Positions 46,179 through 55,275 of a stretch of 64,000 nucleotides of DNA are shown in pieces (positions within the stretch are counted from its first letter, which is position 1; each line of letters begins with the position of its first letter). This DNA comes from Patescibacteria group bacterium. Its GTDB lineage: Bacteria; Patescibacteriota; Saccharimonadia; UBA4664; SCTI01. The stretch is from positions 417,578 to 481,577 of the forward strand of contig SCTI01000002.1 in NCBI GenBank assembly GCA_004297735.1. Reading direction: 5' to 3'. The position numbers and the translations under genes are program-made. Under the pieces are notes generated by a model. The model saw only the letters and a list, made by a program, of their open reading frames with translations. It was not told where the DNA came from and made no database searches.

Positions 46179-48086
46179 TTAATCGGCGGTACGGTTGGTG
46201 GGCTGAACTGTACCTAACGGTATGGTCGCTCCAGTGTCATCCCAGAGGTTGCTGGTCCAGGTGATTTGAGCTTGGGCGCTTTGTGAATACTGAAACACGC
46301 CATACTGCGATCCCAGCGACCAGATATTACGCATAAAGCGATTATTTTGAATGACGATATTGGTAAGTGTATTTGCTCCAACCGGGTGGGCATAGACGGT
46401 GTAGCTGCCCGCACCCTGAAGCAGGTTGTTTTCGACGGTTACGTTTGAGATCGCACCGTCATCGGCCTTAATGATTACGCACGAGGTGCCGTTGTTGGTG
46501 TGTGCACCGGTGTAGTACCAGCTGCGCGGGTCGATGTAATTGCCTCTTATGGTGACGTTATCTCCCATTACTAGCTGAATTCCGTCACAGTGGTTGGTGC
46601 TCACCCCATCACCCTTTAAGTAGGCGTAAAGATCGTGAATATAGCAATCTTCGATGGTGGCGTTACCGGCCGCTTTAAAAGCGTCACCAAATCCGTAAAT
46701 ATTCACTCGCCGGGCGGTAAAGTCGCTATAGCCAATGCCGAAATCAAGGGCGATACCGTTGCCGGTGGGTTGGCCATCGACGTCAAACCATTGGCTGTCG
46801 GGCGGCGCGACGGTGCAATCTTCAATAATGGGCGAATTGCCGTTGGAGCGAATGTAGTTTTCGACCCGACAGAACCGAATCATCACGTCGGTATGCTGTA
46901 CCTCGATGTAGCCCTTAACGTTGAGGTTTTCAATCACCTGCCCATTGTAGGAGGTGGTGAGGTTGCCGTTATAGGTGCTCAGGGTGGTTCCCGCTGGAAC
47001 ACCGGTGGTATAGGCGCTTGGGTACACGTAACCGCCCGGACTGGCGGAGCCCCAGCTTGAGCCATTATGAATTGAGGAGTTGGAGTTCTGCCAGCGGCTG
47101 CCATTCCAGACCGCTACGCCTTCAACGCTGGGTCGCGCATTAACGGTAATGGTGACGGTATCGGTGTGGGTGGCTGTTCCGGAATCGGTCACGGTAACCT
47201 GGAAAACATAGGTGCCGGTAGTGGTAATGTACACCTGGGCTTTTTGAATATTGGCATTTTTAATGGTTGGGCTAGAGGGTCCAGAAATTTGAGTCCATGC
47301 ATAGGTGAGGACGCGACTAGAATCGGCGGCTCCGCTTGTGTCTTCGGCGTCTAGCGAAGCGCTGGCATCAAGCACCACGGTGGTTTTGGAGTAAACGGTC
47401 TGGTCGGCGCCAGCGCTGGCCACCGGGTTGACATTAACAATGTCTGGGGCCGGTTTAAGTGCAACATGTACGGCCGAAGAGTTACCGGTTAGATTGCTGG
47501 TTAATGTGACTGTGCCGGTGGCTCCAGCGGTAGCGTAGAGTTTTTCAAAAACAGCATGGTTGATTTGAGTGTTTAAGCCATAGTCGGCGCGCTCGGTTTG
47601 ATCGCCTGGTGCGGTAAAATCACTAGCAACACCGCCGTTACCGCCATTGTTGTTTTGACTACCAATTGCTAGTACTACAGCGTTGTTGGTAAGTGTGGTG
47701 ATCGATGGGGCGGTTAGGCTGGCGGTCGTAGTCCCACCACTAGCCTCAACCGGAGTGGTCGTATCAACCCCAGAATAACGCAGCATAAAACCGGCAGCCG
47801 GTGTACTTCCTCCGCTAACTACAAAGTCGTATGAAGCCGGTTCGCTGCCGGTAGCAAGCTTGGTATAAACGATGGTTTGATCGCTAGAGTTTGAGGTACC
47901 AAATCCACCCTGGGCGCGCTGAGTGAATCCGCTAGGCACGCTTGAAATTGTTCTGGTGTTACGAATTGAGACAACGGCAACCAGAGTGTCGTTAGCAACG
48001 ACGCCACTGGGCTTGGTGATTGTGAGGGTGGTAACGAAAGCGCCGTTATTGGTTGACGTTCCAACGCTGCGGTATTGAATAGCCAT
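46179..48086 (-). CDS. Phage-type tailspike/receptor-binding protein: N-terminal adaptor, PKD/Ig-like domain, right-handed parallel beta-helix (pectin-lyase fold)
   Basis: YAWTQISGPSSPTIKNANIQ...YVFQVTVTDSGTATHTDTVTITVNA is the Ig-like domain. Repeated beta-helix rungs: IRFCRVENYI, IEDCTVAPPD, ATIEDCYIHDL, NVTIRGNYIDP, NVTVENNLL, NIVIQNNRF. Confidence 0.6.
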   Translation of the reverse strand: MAIQYRSVGTSTNNGAFVTTLTITKPSGVVANDTLVAVVSIRNTRTISSVPSGFTQRAQGGFGTSNSSDQTIVYTKLATGSEPASYDFVVSGGSTPAAGFMLRYSGVDTTTPVEASGGTTTASLTAPSITTLTNNAVVLAIGSQNNNGGNGGVASDFTAPGDQTERADYGLNTQINHAVFEKLYATAGATGTVTLTSNLTGNSSAVHVALKPAPDIVNVNPVASAGADQTVYSKTTVVLDASASLDAEDTSGAADSSRVLTYAWTQISGPSSPTIKNANIQKAQVYITTTGTYVFQVTVTDSGTATHTDTVTITVNARPSVEGVAVWNGSRWQNSNSSIHNGSSWGSASPGGYVYPSAYTTGVPAGTTLSTYNGNLTTSYNGQVIENLNVKGYIEVQHTDVMIRFCRVENYIRSNGNSPIIEDCTVAPPDSQWFDVDGQPTGNGIALDFGIGYSDFTARRVNIYGFGDAFKAAGNATIEDCYIHDLYAYLKGDGVSTNHCDGIQLVMGDNVTIRGNYIDPRSWYYTGAHTNNGTSCVIIKADDGAISNVTVENNLLQGAGSYTVYAHPVGANTLTNIVIQNNRFMRNIWSLGSQYGVFQYSQSAQAQITWTSNLWDDTGATIPLGTVQPTNRTAD

Positions 48087-48089
48087 ATG

Positions 48090-48593
48090 TTATGGCCCGG
48101 AGGTGTTTATCCAGATGTCTCCCGAGGCCAGCGTAACGCCCACCGATGCCGGATCAACCGTCCCGCGAAAGATGCGGCTGCTTGACGTTACAACATAACT
48201 ATTGGTACCGGAATCGTAGGTGTAGACCGCCGCCGCTGTGTCGGCTCGTGTCAGGCTGGTTTGGGTGCTGGAGTCCAGCTTGGTTCGAGCTATTGCCGCC
48301 CCACTGGCCACCTCGGTGTTGGTGATAGCTAGGCTGAGCTTGCTTTGGGCAATTGCTGCACCCGAAGCCACCTTGGCATTGGTAATTGCACCGTCCGCAA
48401 CGGTGGTGTCGTTGAGCTTGGTCTGAACAGCTGTTGCCAGCTTGGTTTCTGTAATAATGCCGTCTTGAATCTGACCGGCACCAACCGTATTTGATTTAAG
48501 CTCTCCAGTGTCGGATAGGCTTTGCGATAAGTACTCATTTAAAATATCACCCCATGAGCCGTTGTCTTGGCCGGGAATAGGTAGTCGAGCCAT
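48090..48593 (-). CDS. Phage tail-fibre N-terminal/repeat protein
   Basis: MARLPIPGQDNGSWGDILNEYL, then the tail-fibre repeat pattern I.DG.IT..KLA..AV...KL. Its stop lies 3 nt from the tailspike start. Confidence 0.6.
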   Translation of the reverse strand: MARLPIPGQDNGSWGDILNEYLSQSLSDTGELKSNTVGAGQIQDGIITETKLATAVQTKLNDTTVADGAITNAKVASGAAIAQSKLSLAITNTEVASGAAIARTKLDSSTQTSLTRADTAAAVYTYDSGTNSYVVTSSSRIFRGTVDPASVGVTLASGDIWINTSGP

Positions 48594-48693
48594 TTAATTG
48601 TGCCTCACGGTATAACTCATGTCGCTTATGATTATTGTGTATACGTTACCTTTGGTCAACAGCTAAATAACAGGTTTATCAATTTAACGAAAA

Positions 48694-48742
48694 ACCCGCC
48701 GGTGCGACCGGGGCCACACCTTGGTGCGGGTTTCCGTGTCGC
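48694..48742 (-). terminator. Rho-independent terminator (minus strand) between the small-gene pair and the tail-fibre operon
   Basis: On the minus strand, aaacccgc...gcgggtttt is followed by a T-run, with inner ccggtgcgaccgg and caccttggtg hairpins. Confidence 0.6.
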
Positions 48743-48756
48743 CCCAGCGGGGGGAT

Positions 48757-49113
48757 TTAGGACTGAAATACAGCGATCTCGCCGTAGAACATGTATTCAA
48801 TTTGGTAGACCTCGCGTAATTCCGCGTTCAGCCTCTCTCTTTCGGTGAGCGAGAATGGAATAGGTGGGAGCAACTTCTCCAGCTCCCCAAAAGCCCTAAG
48901 CAGCTTCTGGGTCGACTGCTTGCTCCCGTCGAGCGCGTAGTAGCTGCTATTCTGGGTTGGATCATGTCCAGTTTTGAGCGCCACAACTTGATTTTGGTGG
49001 GAGTGAAAACCCCCGCTGCTCAGCTGTTTTACGCCCGTTGGAATGGCTTGCCGAATTTCTTCGACAATATCCGATACCTCTAGATGCAGCATTGCTAATT
49101 CTCGGAAGCTCAT
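48757..49113 (-). CDS. Hypothetical protein
   Basis: 118 aa. Sits 7 nt downstream of the next gene on the same strand. Confidence 0.45.
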   Translation of the reverse strand: MSFRELAMLHLEVSDIVEEIRQAIPTGVKQLSSGGFHSHQNQVVALKTGHDPTQNSSYYALDGSKQSTQKLLRAFGELEKLLPPIPFSLTERERLNAELREVYQIEYMFYGEIAVFQS

Positions 49114-49120
49114 AGCTAGC

Positions 49121-49492
49121 TCAGTAGAAAGGGATGATCATGAGATCTAGCTTGATCTCTGGCTTAGATACGTCGGGCAGAAGCTTTTTGACCGCCGCCT
49201 CCAGCTCGTGCTTAAAGGAGTTTACGGCGCCGCTACAGAGCTTTGCCGGAACCCAAACTCGCACCTGAACGTCGAAGCGGGCGCTGTCACTGTTATTGGT
49301 GAAGTAGAACAGGTAGTTGACCGCTCCGGGCAGCTGAATTCCCAGCTCCTCAAGGTCAAACATATTTGCCGCTACGCTGATCACGACATCTTTCAGGTTG
49401 TCGGGTAGATCTTTCATGGCGTAGCCATACCGCTCATGGGCCGTATGTCGCATGAAAACCTCGATATTCCAGTCCGACATAACTATCTCCAA
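49121..49492 (-). CDS. Hypothetical protein
   Basis: 123 aa. Its 5' leader contains the perfect palindrome ggttgagcc-a-ggctcaacc. Confidence 0.45.
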   Translation of the reverse strand: MEIVMSDWNIEVFMRHTAHERYGYAMKDLPDNLKDVVISVAANMFDLEELGIQLPGAVNYLFYFTNNSDSARFDVQVRVWVPAKLCSGAVNSFKHELEAAVKKLLPDVSKPEIKLDLMIIPFY

Positions 49493-49635
49493 TTTCGGGG
49501 TTGAGCCAGGCTCAACCAGGTGCTTTCAAGAGAATATGCTATTTTGGCATTCACAAGCTATAAAATGCAAGCATAAAAACAAAGAACGCCCCGCGGTAAC
49601 GGCAGCCCAAAGGGCGTTCTTGTTACTGCGGGGCG

Positions 49636-50311
49636 CTAGACCAGGTGGGCGTAGCTCCCGACGACGTGAACTACTAGCTCCTCGAAATCGACTCCGAGGA
49701 TTGAGCAGACCGCCGCTGCCGTTGCCGGATCAAGGCGTTCACGATCCTTGATGAGTTCGGCGGCTAACCGACACTGTTCGGATTTGTTGGGGGTGTACCT
49801 TTCGACGTCATCTTTTACGACGCTAAGAAGTTGGCGCTCAAAGGCAGCATCCTCTTGTCTGCCGACCTCGCGGGCCGCCTCGAGATGAGCCTGATCCTCC
49901 TGGTTCTGACGGTTGAACTCGATCTGCTCGGCGCTTGCTTTGCGCTGCTGGCGTAGACCCTGATCCTCGTCGAGCGAGTAGAGCGTCATGCCGGCCGCTA
50001 GCTGAGTGACCACGCCCTCGGGAGTGCCTTCGGGGCACAGGACAAAGTGAAGGCGCGGACGTGGCAGGTGCTGTTGCTCGAAGAACAGCACCGAGTCAGC
50101 CAGCCGGATGGTTGTATTATCTGGCAGCTCGGTCGGCCAGACCGCGCAGAACACAGATCATCTGACTGGTTTTTTCCTCGCTGCGTAGCGGGGAGGCGAG
50201 CAGCACGGGTTTGACTTGGGGTAGCTCGCTCCGGCTTTCTGCAATGGCCTCGGCGCACTCAAGGAGCGAGGTATACAGTTCGCCATTGAGCCCATTGTGA
50301 GTGGAAGTCAT
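49636..50311 (-). pseudogene. Frameshifted paralog of the 50449..50886 gene (two overlapping ORFs, 50117..50311 and 49636..50154)
   Basis: MTSTHNG...LRSEEKTSQ in one frame continues as ...TELPDNTTIRLADSVLFFEQQHL in another. The intact paralog reads through contiguously (EEKSSQTLTVLPADPALFQWHTY). The frames change around the homopolymer at 50170-50175 (plus-strand TTTTTT). Confidence 0.5.
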
Positions 50312-50448
50312 GTGGCCTCTCGGTGGTTGGTATTTCAAGGAAAGCAATATTGTACAATAAATCATAAGATTATCAATAATAAGAGCTAATAAAAGCAAAA
50401 CGCCCGCCGACCACATGGCCGGTCTTACGGCGTTTGCGGTCAGCGGGC

Positions 50449-50886
50449 TTAGGCGGCCAGCGGTGTATCTCGAAGCCGAGTCCGGTTACGGCCCACCTGC
50501 CAGCTGGGCGCAGCGGGCGCCAGGATCAGGCCGTGAGGGCCTGGGTGAACCTGGTGAAGCCGAATTCCGGTCTGAAGCTCTCGGATGACCCTTGCAGCCG
50601 TCTCGTATGGGCAGGTCGCCAGGTAGAGGCAGTTGAGCCCGTAGGTGTGCCACTGAAACAGGGCCGGGTCGGCCGGGAGGACGGTCAGAGTCTGGCTCGA
50701 CTTTTCCTCCACCTGTTCGCGAAGGTAGGTGCTCATCAGTTCGAGCTTGTGAGGGAACCCGAATTCCCACTTGAGCGAACTCAGGTTGATCCCAGTGCCA
50801 CCGTTTCCTAGCCGCATAAACCCGGCGCACTGTTCGAGTAGATCCAAAGTGCGACGGTCTAGCAGGCTGGCTGCTGTGGAGGTCAT
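50449..50886 (-). CDS. Hypothetical protein, paralog family MTST...
   Basis: 145 aa. It has its own promoter (TTGATT-17-TAAAAT) and its own intrinsic terminator at about 50398-50440. Confidence 0.5.
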   Translation of the reverse strand: MTSTAASLLDRRTLDLLEQCAGFMRLGNGGTGINLSSLKWEFGFPHKLELMSTYLREQVEEKSSQTLTVLPADPALFQWHTYGLNCLYLATCPYETAARVIRELQTGIRLHQVHPGPHGLILAPAAPSWQVGRNRTRLRDTPLAA

Positions 50887-51009
50887 GTAACTCCTTTTTT
50901 CGGTTCAAAGAACAGATTATATTTTACAATAAAACAGATGAATAATCAATATAAAAAGTCAATAAAAACGAAAACCCCCAAGCGGGGGCTTTCGCCTCTA
51001 CCTGAGGGT

Positions 51010-51732
51010 CTAATCGATGAGCGATGGTGGGACGTGAGGCGCCAGGTTGACTGCCTGCGCCAGCATGTGCGGCGTGTCGAGCACCAGCGGTGCGTGATCC
51101 GGCGCGTGAATGGTGCCAGTGGCCAACAGGCGAACGACTCGGGTATTTCTGGGGTCGTGTCGCGGTGACTCCACAACCTCGACGATGTCGCCATCAAGTA
51201 GGTGGCGAGTTCCAAAAAGGGAGTGCCAGCCTCGCCGACTCTCTCCCATGGACTGCATTCCGTAGTAGGGGTGCGATTCGAAGAAGGTCTCCTGGAAGGC
51301 ATCGAACATACACACCGGTTCACCATCTTCGCTCAGCACTGGGTAGGCGAAGATGTCGCCTTGACGCCGAGTGTGTTCGTGACCGAACTCCTCTTCGCTC
51401 CACTTGATGAAGTCTGGCTTGAGCGCCTCGAACAAGGCCTGTTCGCCGTCTCGCTCAAGCACATCCTTGAGCTGCCCGCGGACGGACACCAAAAAAGGCT
51501 GTTCGTCGGTGCCACCGAAATAGAGAGCACCGGTTTGATAGTTCGGCCGCCGTCCTTCGAAGAACAGGAACTGCTCCCCGCCGAGAAGCGGATGGAACTC
51601 TGCGCCCTTGCCTGGGCGCAGGATGATGCTTGACTTAATCCGCTGAGCCCCTTCTGCATATTCGTTCGAGGGGTGAGTGCTCAACTGAGCCAGTCCCGCC
51701 GTCTGGGGGAGCTTCTTCATGTCAACGATCAT
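51010..51732 (-). CDS. Hypothetical protein (possible cupin/double-stranded beta-helix-like His motifs)
   Basis: 240 aa with FGHEHTRRQGD and TGTIHAPDHAP. An intrinsic terminator lies downstream at about 50967-50995 (cccccgcttggggg plus a T-run on the minus strand). Confidence 0.4.
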   Translation of the reverse strand: MIVDMKKLPQTAGLAQLSTHPSNEYAEGAQRIKSSIILRPGKGAEFHPLLGGEQFLFFEGRRPNYQTGALYFGGTDEQPFLVSVRGQLKDVLERDGEQALFEALKPDFIKWSEEEFGHEHTRRQGDIFAYPVLSEDGEPVCMFDAFQETFFESHPYYGMQSMGESRRGWHSLFGTRHLLDGDIVEVVESPRHDPRNTRVVRLLATGTIHAPDHAPLVLDTPHMLAQAVNLAPHVPPSLID

Positions 51733-51916
51733 TACCGTAACCTCTTTCGGTTTTTGTTCGGTTACTTGTATCTAGGATAGATGGGCCGACGGAAAAGTGC
51801 AAGGGGCAATATAGCCGCATTCTTTCAGTGAGCAAAGGTCTTAAGCTTTTATTTTTATGCCTAAAATGGTAAACATATAACGATTTAGCCATTGGACATT
51901 GACAAGGAGGTACGAG

Positions 51917-53248
51917 GTGTACGGAACGAAAGATCTTGCCCTGCAGCCTTCATTGGTGAATATTTGGGCGTGGGCAGTGGAGGGTGATCTGACTCACCGG
52001 CCTCATCCGTGTGTGGGTATTGACGATGCGCTGGTCGGCTGGGAGCCATGCGAAACAATTGGTGAGTTTATTTCGCTCCTGCAAGAGGAAATGAGACGAG
52101 CGGAGGACCTCACGAGCGAAATCCCGGACGTAGCTCGTAAAAGGGTAGAATTTTTTATCCGCCGAGTGGCGCGCAAGGTGCCCGAGAGCTTGGTGAGCGG
52201 ACTTTGGATAGTGAGAAACGTGTTGCGTTTCGAATCACCTGAGTTTTCGGAGCACTGGTTCGATATAGTAGGCGTGTTCATTAAAACTGTTCATACTCTA
52301 GCCGGGACTGAGCATCGTCTTCTGGTTGGGACAAAAGATCATAAGCCTGCTTGGTGCAAGCTTGATCCACCCGTAAGAACGATGGACGATTGGTGTGATC
52401 TAATCGACAGCGCATTCTTTGATGATGCACAGATCATGCCCTTTATCAGCGAGGATGATACCGATCTAATCCCTCACCCCCTAGAATGGGTGCCATCAAA
52501 AACGCTTACCAAGATGTGGAAATCCTTTCCGGATGTTGACCGTTCAGTGGTCGAAGGGGTTTTTGAGAGCGCTTACTACAACCAACACTTCACCCCTTAT
52601 CCTCACGGAATGGTGGTTAGAATTGAGGGACATACATGGATTAAGCAGCTTACCTTAAAGGTCAATAAGGGCGTTCAGGATGCTAACTACCTGGACTTTC
52701 TTGCCCGTATCCAAACCGTCGACGGCGAATTGACCTATATGGTGAATGGAGCTGATATTACGCATGAAATAAGCACGATGACGGTATCCTCCATTGGGAC
52801 TAACTATCTAGACCTTCTGATTGCGCAAATCTTCCACGATCTTGTAACCGTGAGGCGGCAACATAGTGTGGCCGGGGGAGTTCAGCTAGTTGGCGAGGGG
52901 AAGCCGGAGGAGCTGAACGGCGTTAGCTGGATTTACATACCTCGGACCCATCGCTTAAAAAATAATGCTGAGATCCGTCTTCCAAGTACTAACTCAGAGC
53001 CTCGGTCGCCACATAGGGTTCAGGGGCACCCTCGCAAAGGCAATATGTCAGAGGAGCAACGCTTTAGAATTGAGGAATTTGAGGCTTCTACCGGACTAGA
53101 GGTTCTTAGGCATCTTCCAGAGGGACACACCTATGTGCGCCCCCACGTATCACCGCTGTCGGACGTTGACGAGCTTAGCCTCCTGCCAAAGTTTGTGCGA
53201 ACTCGTCTTCAGAATGACTTGATCCGGATTATGCAGACACTGCCCTAG
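51917..53248 (+). CDS. Hypothetical 443-aa protein
   Basis: GTG start 5 nt after AAGGAGGT (the ORF track's TTG start at 51899 includes the SD itself). No recognisable catalytic motif. Confidence 0.45.
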   Translation: MYGTKDLALQPSLVNIWAWAVEGDLTHRPHPCVGIDDALVGWEPCETIGEFISLLQEEMRRAEDLTSEIPDVARKRVEFFIRRVARKVPESLVSGLWIVRNVLRFESPEFSEHWFDIVGVFIKTVHTLAGTEHRLLVGTKDHKPAWCKLDPPVRTMDDWCDLIDSAFFDDAQIMPFISEDDTDLIPHPLEWVPSKTLTKMWKSFPDVDRSVVEGVFESAYYNQHFTPYPHGMVVRIEGHTWIKQLTLKVNKGVQDANYLDFLARIQTVDGELTYMVNGADITHEISTMTVSSIGTNYLDLLIAQIFHDLVTVRRQHSVAGGVQLVGEGKPEELNGVSWIYIPRTHRLKNNAEIRLPSTNSEPRSPHRVQGHPRKGNMSEEQRFRIEEFEASTGLEVLRHLPEGHTYVRPHVSPLSDVDELSLLPKFVRTRLQNDLIRIMQTLP

Positions 53249-53461
53249 TCGAAACCTGGCACCTTGCGTATAGCAATAAGAGCTACAGTTTAGGCTGTAG
53301 TAATTCGCTATTCGCAGGGTGCCCCTAATTTAATGAAATTATAATTCCTTGGTGGACCGCCGGGTATCGAATTGGAATTTATTAATACAAGTTATGCCGG
53401 GGTTGCGTACCCGGCACCTTCTCTAGGAAGGACGGCTCGTTCAGGATGAACTTCCATCTGC

Positions 53462-54970
53462 TTATGGCCGTCGGATTCGTCCAACAAACCACGGAGGCGT
53501 CTCTTCGGCAGGCGGAACTCCGCGACGGGCTTTGCGTTTGAGACAGCGCTCAACCTCGGTGCGCAGCAGCGGGCCGTCGGGATGGGCGTCACTGATGACC
53601 TCGGGGTCACCCGACACCTTGACCCGAACTAGGAGCTGGATGTCATGGGGAAGTACCGGGAAGGTCGACTTAACGCCGCAATCCTCGCGGTTCTTCTTGT
53701 AGGTGACCAGCGGTACAGTTACCACGCCAACCGGCTTGAGCTCACCGTCCACCCGGTCAAAGAAGTACTCAACCGGGTAGCTGGTGGGCTTCTTGTTGCC
53801 GGCGATCTCCACCGTCATGGGTGCCAGATCGTACAGCCCCTGCTCCATCATCTCCTCGATGAGCTCGCGATCGTCGGGTAGCCGTAGATCGGTGGTCAGG
53901 AGCTTATCGGCAGCGACTCCTTCGAGCCGCTGACGGTAGTGCTCCCGAACCGTCTCTTCGGTGTAGCGATCGATATCTCCGCCCGACCGGATGCTGAACA
54001 GGTCGTAGGCGGCGATGAGCTCGTTGTTGAACCTGACGTCCGGGTGGGTGATCCGCCCAGACAACAGCTCCTCTAACAGCGACTCAGAGACGTCCTGGCT
54101 GGTGAGCCGTTCGATCTCCTTTTCGACCTCTCGAATCGCCTGCACTGCGCTGTCGCGTGAATGACCGTAGCGCCGCCCGCGGGAGTCGATGTGGTGCGGC
54201 ATAAAGTCGTCCCACACCACTAGCGAAAGGCTGTCGGAGTACTCCCACTGGAAGGCGTCCGCCACTGTTCGCTGGGCGTGACGGAGGAGTCGTTCGAGCG
54301 TGTCGGTTGGTATGCCGACCGCTTCGAGCTCCGCCAGCTTGACCTGCAGCTCTTTGAGCCGCGTGTCCCAGCTGCGCCGGTCATGGTTGCGCTTCTCCTC
54401 AGTCCTATAGCGGCGGTAGTTGTCCCGCATGCTCTCGAGCGAGTAGCCACGTCCGACGATGTCGCCTTTGGCGTCAATCACCTCAAAGCCAGTGATTTCG
54501 GCGTTGTGCGGCGTTGACGGCCAAGTCGTGAGGTTGAACACGTCGTTGATCGACACCTGAATGGTGGCGGTGACGTACCCCGGGTAGTAGCTGATGGTGT
54601 AGACCGCGTACAGCCAGACACCTTCGTGCTCAAAGCGGTCGGGTTCTGGCGTGGCCGGGACCGGAGGGGTCTCATAGGTCCAGTCGGCCGGCTGGTCAAA
54701 CGACGGCTCAACCGGCGCATAGCGCTGATCGGCCAGCCAGCGGTCAAGATCACGACGTAGACCCTCATCCTTGAGGACGTCGTAGGCCTCGGTCGCCTCG
54801 TTAAACAGCGAACCAGCCTCGGCGAGCTCTTCGGGTGTCGCATCCGGTCCGAGTCGGTCCGGATGTAGCTCCTTGGCGCGATCGCGGTAGGCCCGCTTGA
54901 TGTCGCTGGTGGTGGCCTCGCGGGGCACACCAAGAACAAGGTAGTGATCCTTGAGAATCAACTTTGGCAT
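53462..54970 (-). CDS. J-domain (DnaJ-like) protein with a ~430-aa uncharacterised C-terminal region
   Basis: DHYLVLGVPREATTSDIKRAYRDRAKELHPDR is a canonical J-domain with the HPD tripeptide. No Gly/Phe-rich region and no Zn-finger repeats follow it. Confidence 0.6.
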   Translation of the reverse strand: MPKLILKDHYLVLGVPREATTSDIKRAYRDRAKELHPDRLGPDATPEELAEAGSLFNEATEAYDVLKDEGLRRDLDRWLADQRYAPVEPSFDQPADWTYETPPVPATPEPDRFEHEGVWLYAVYTISYYPGYVTATIQVSINDVFNLTTWPSTPHNAEITGFEVIDAKGDIVGRGYSLESMRDNYRRYRTEEKRNHDRRSWDTRLKELQVKLAELEAVGIPTDTLERLLRHAQRTVADAFQWEYSDSLSLVVWDDFMPHHIDSRGRRYGHSRDSAVQAIREVEKEIERLTSQDVSESLLEELLSGRITHPDVRFNNELIAAYDLFSIRSGGDIDRYTEETVREHYRQRLEGVAADKLLTTDLRLPDDRELIEEMMEQGLYDLAPMTVEIAGNKKPTSYPVEYFFDRVDGELKPVGVVTVPLVTYKKNREDCGVKSTFPVLPHDIQLLVRVKVSGDPEVISDAHPDGPLLRTEVERCLKRKARRGVPPAEETPPWFVGRIRRP

Positions 54971-55275
54971 GGTGTGCCTTTCTGGTTGTAGAGGTGCTTG
55001 TGGCTATGCCACCATCGTCGCAGCAAGCGATTAAACATTATAACATAAAATTCTAAATAAGTCCAATGGTGAACTACCGTGTATCGAATTGGAACCAAAT
55101 CAAGAGGGAGCTGGTGTCGTGGAGTAAATCTTTATCTGGAGAACAACTATTAAAGACTACGACCGGGTAATGGAATCAGCATGATCTTGCTGATATTATT
55201 GGCTTATGGTGTTCAAAGGATTCTAATTTACTCCATACGTCGAAACAAAGCGTCCAGCGAGGCGCAAATTTAACT

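Noticed and set aside
49998-50258. 86-aa third-frame ORF across the frameshift region (MRRGHCRKPE...)
   Set aside because: It is Arg/Ser-rich with no homology to the paralog. It is a by-product of the overlapping frames at the frameshifted gene.
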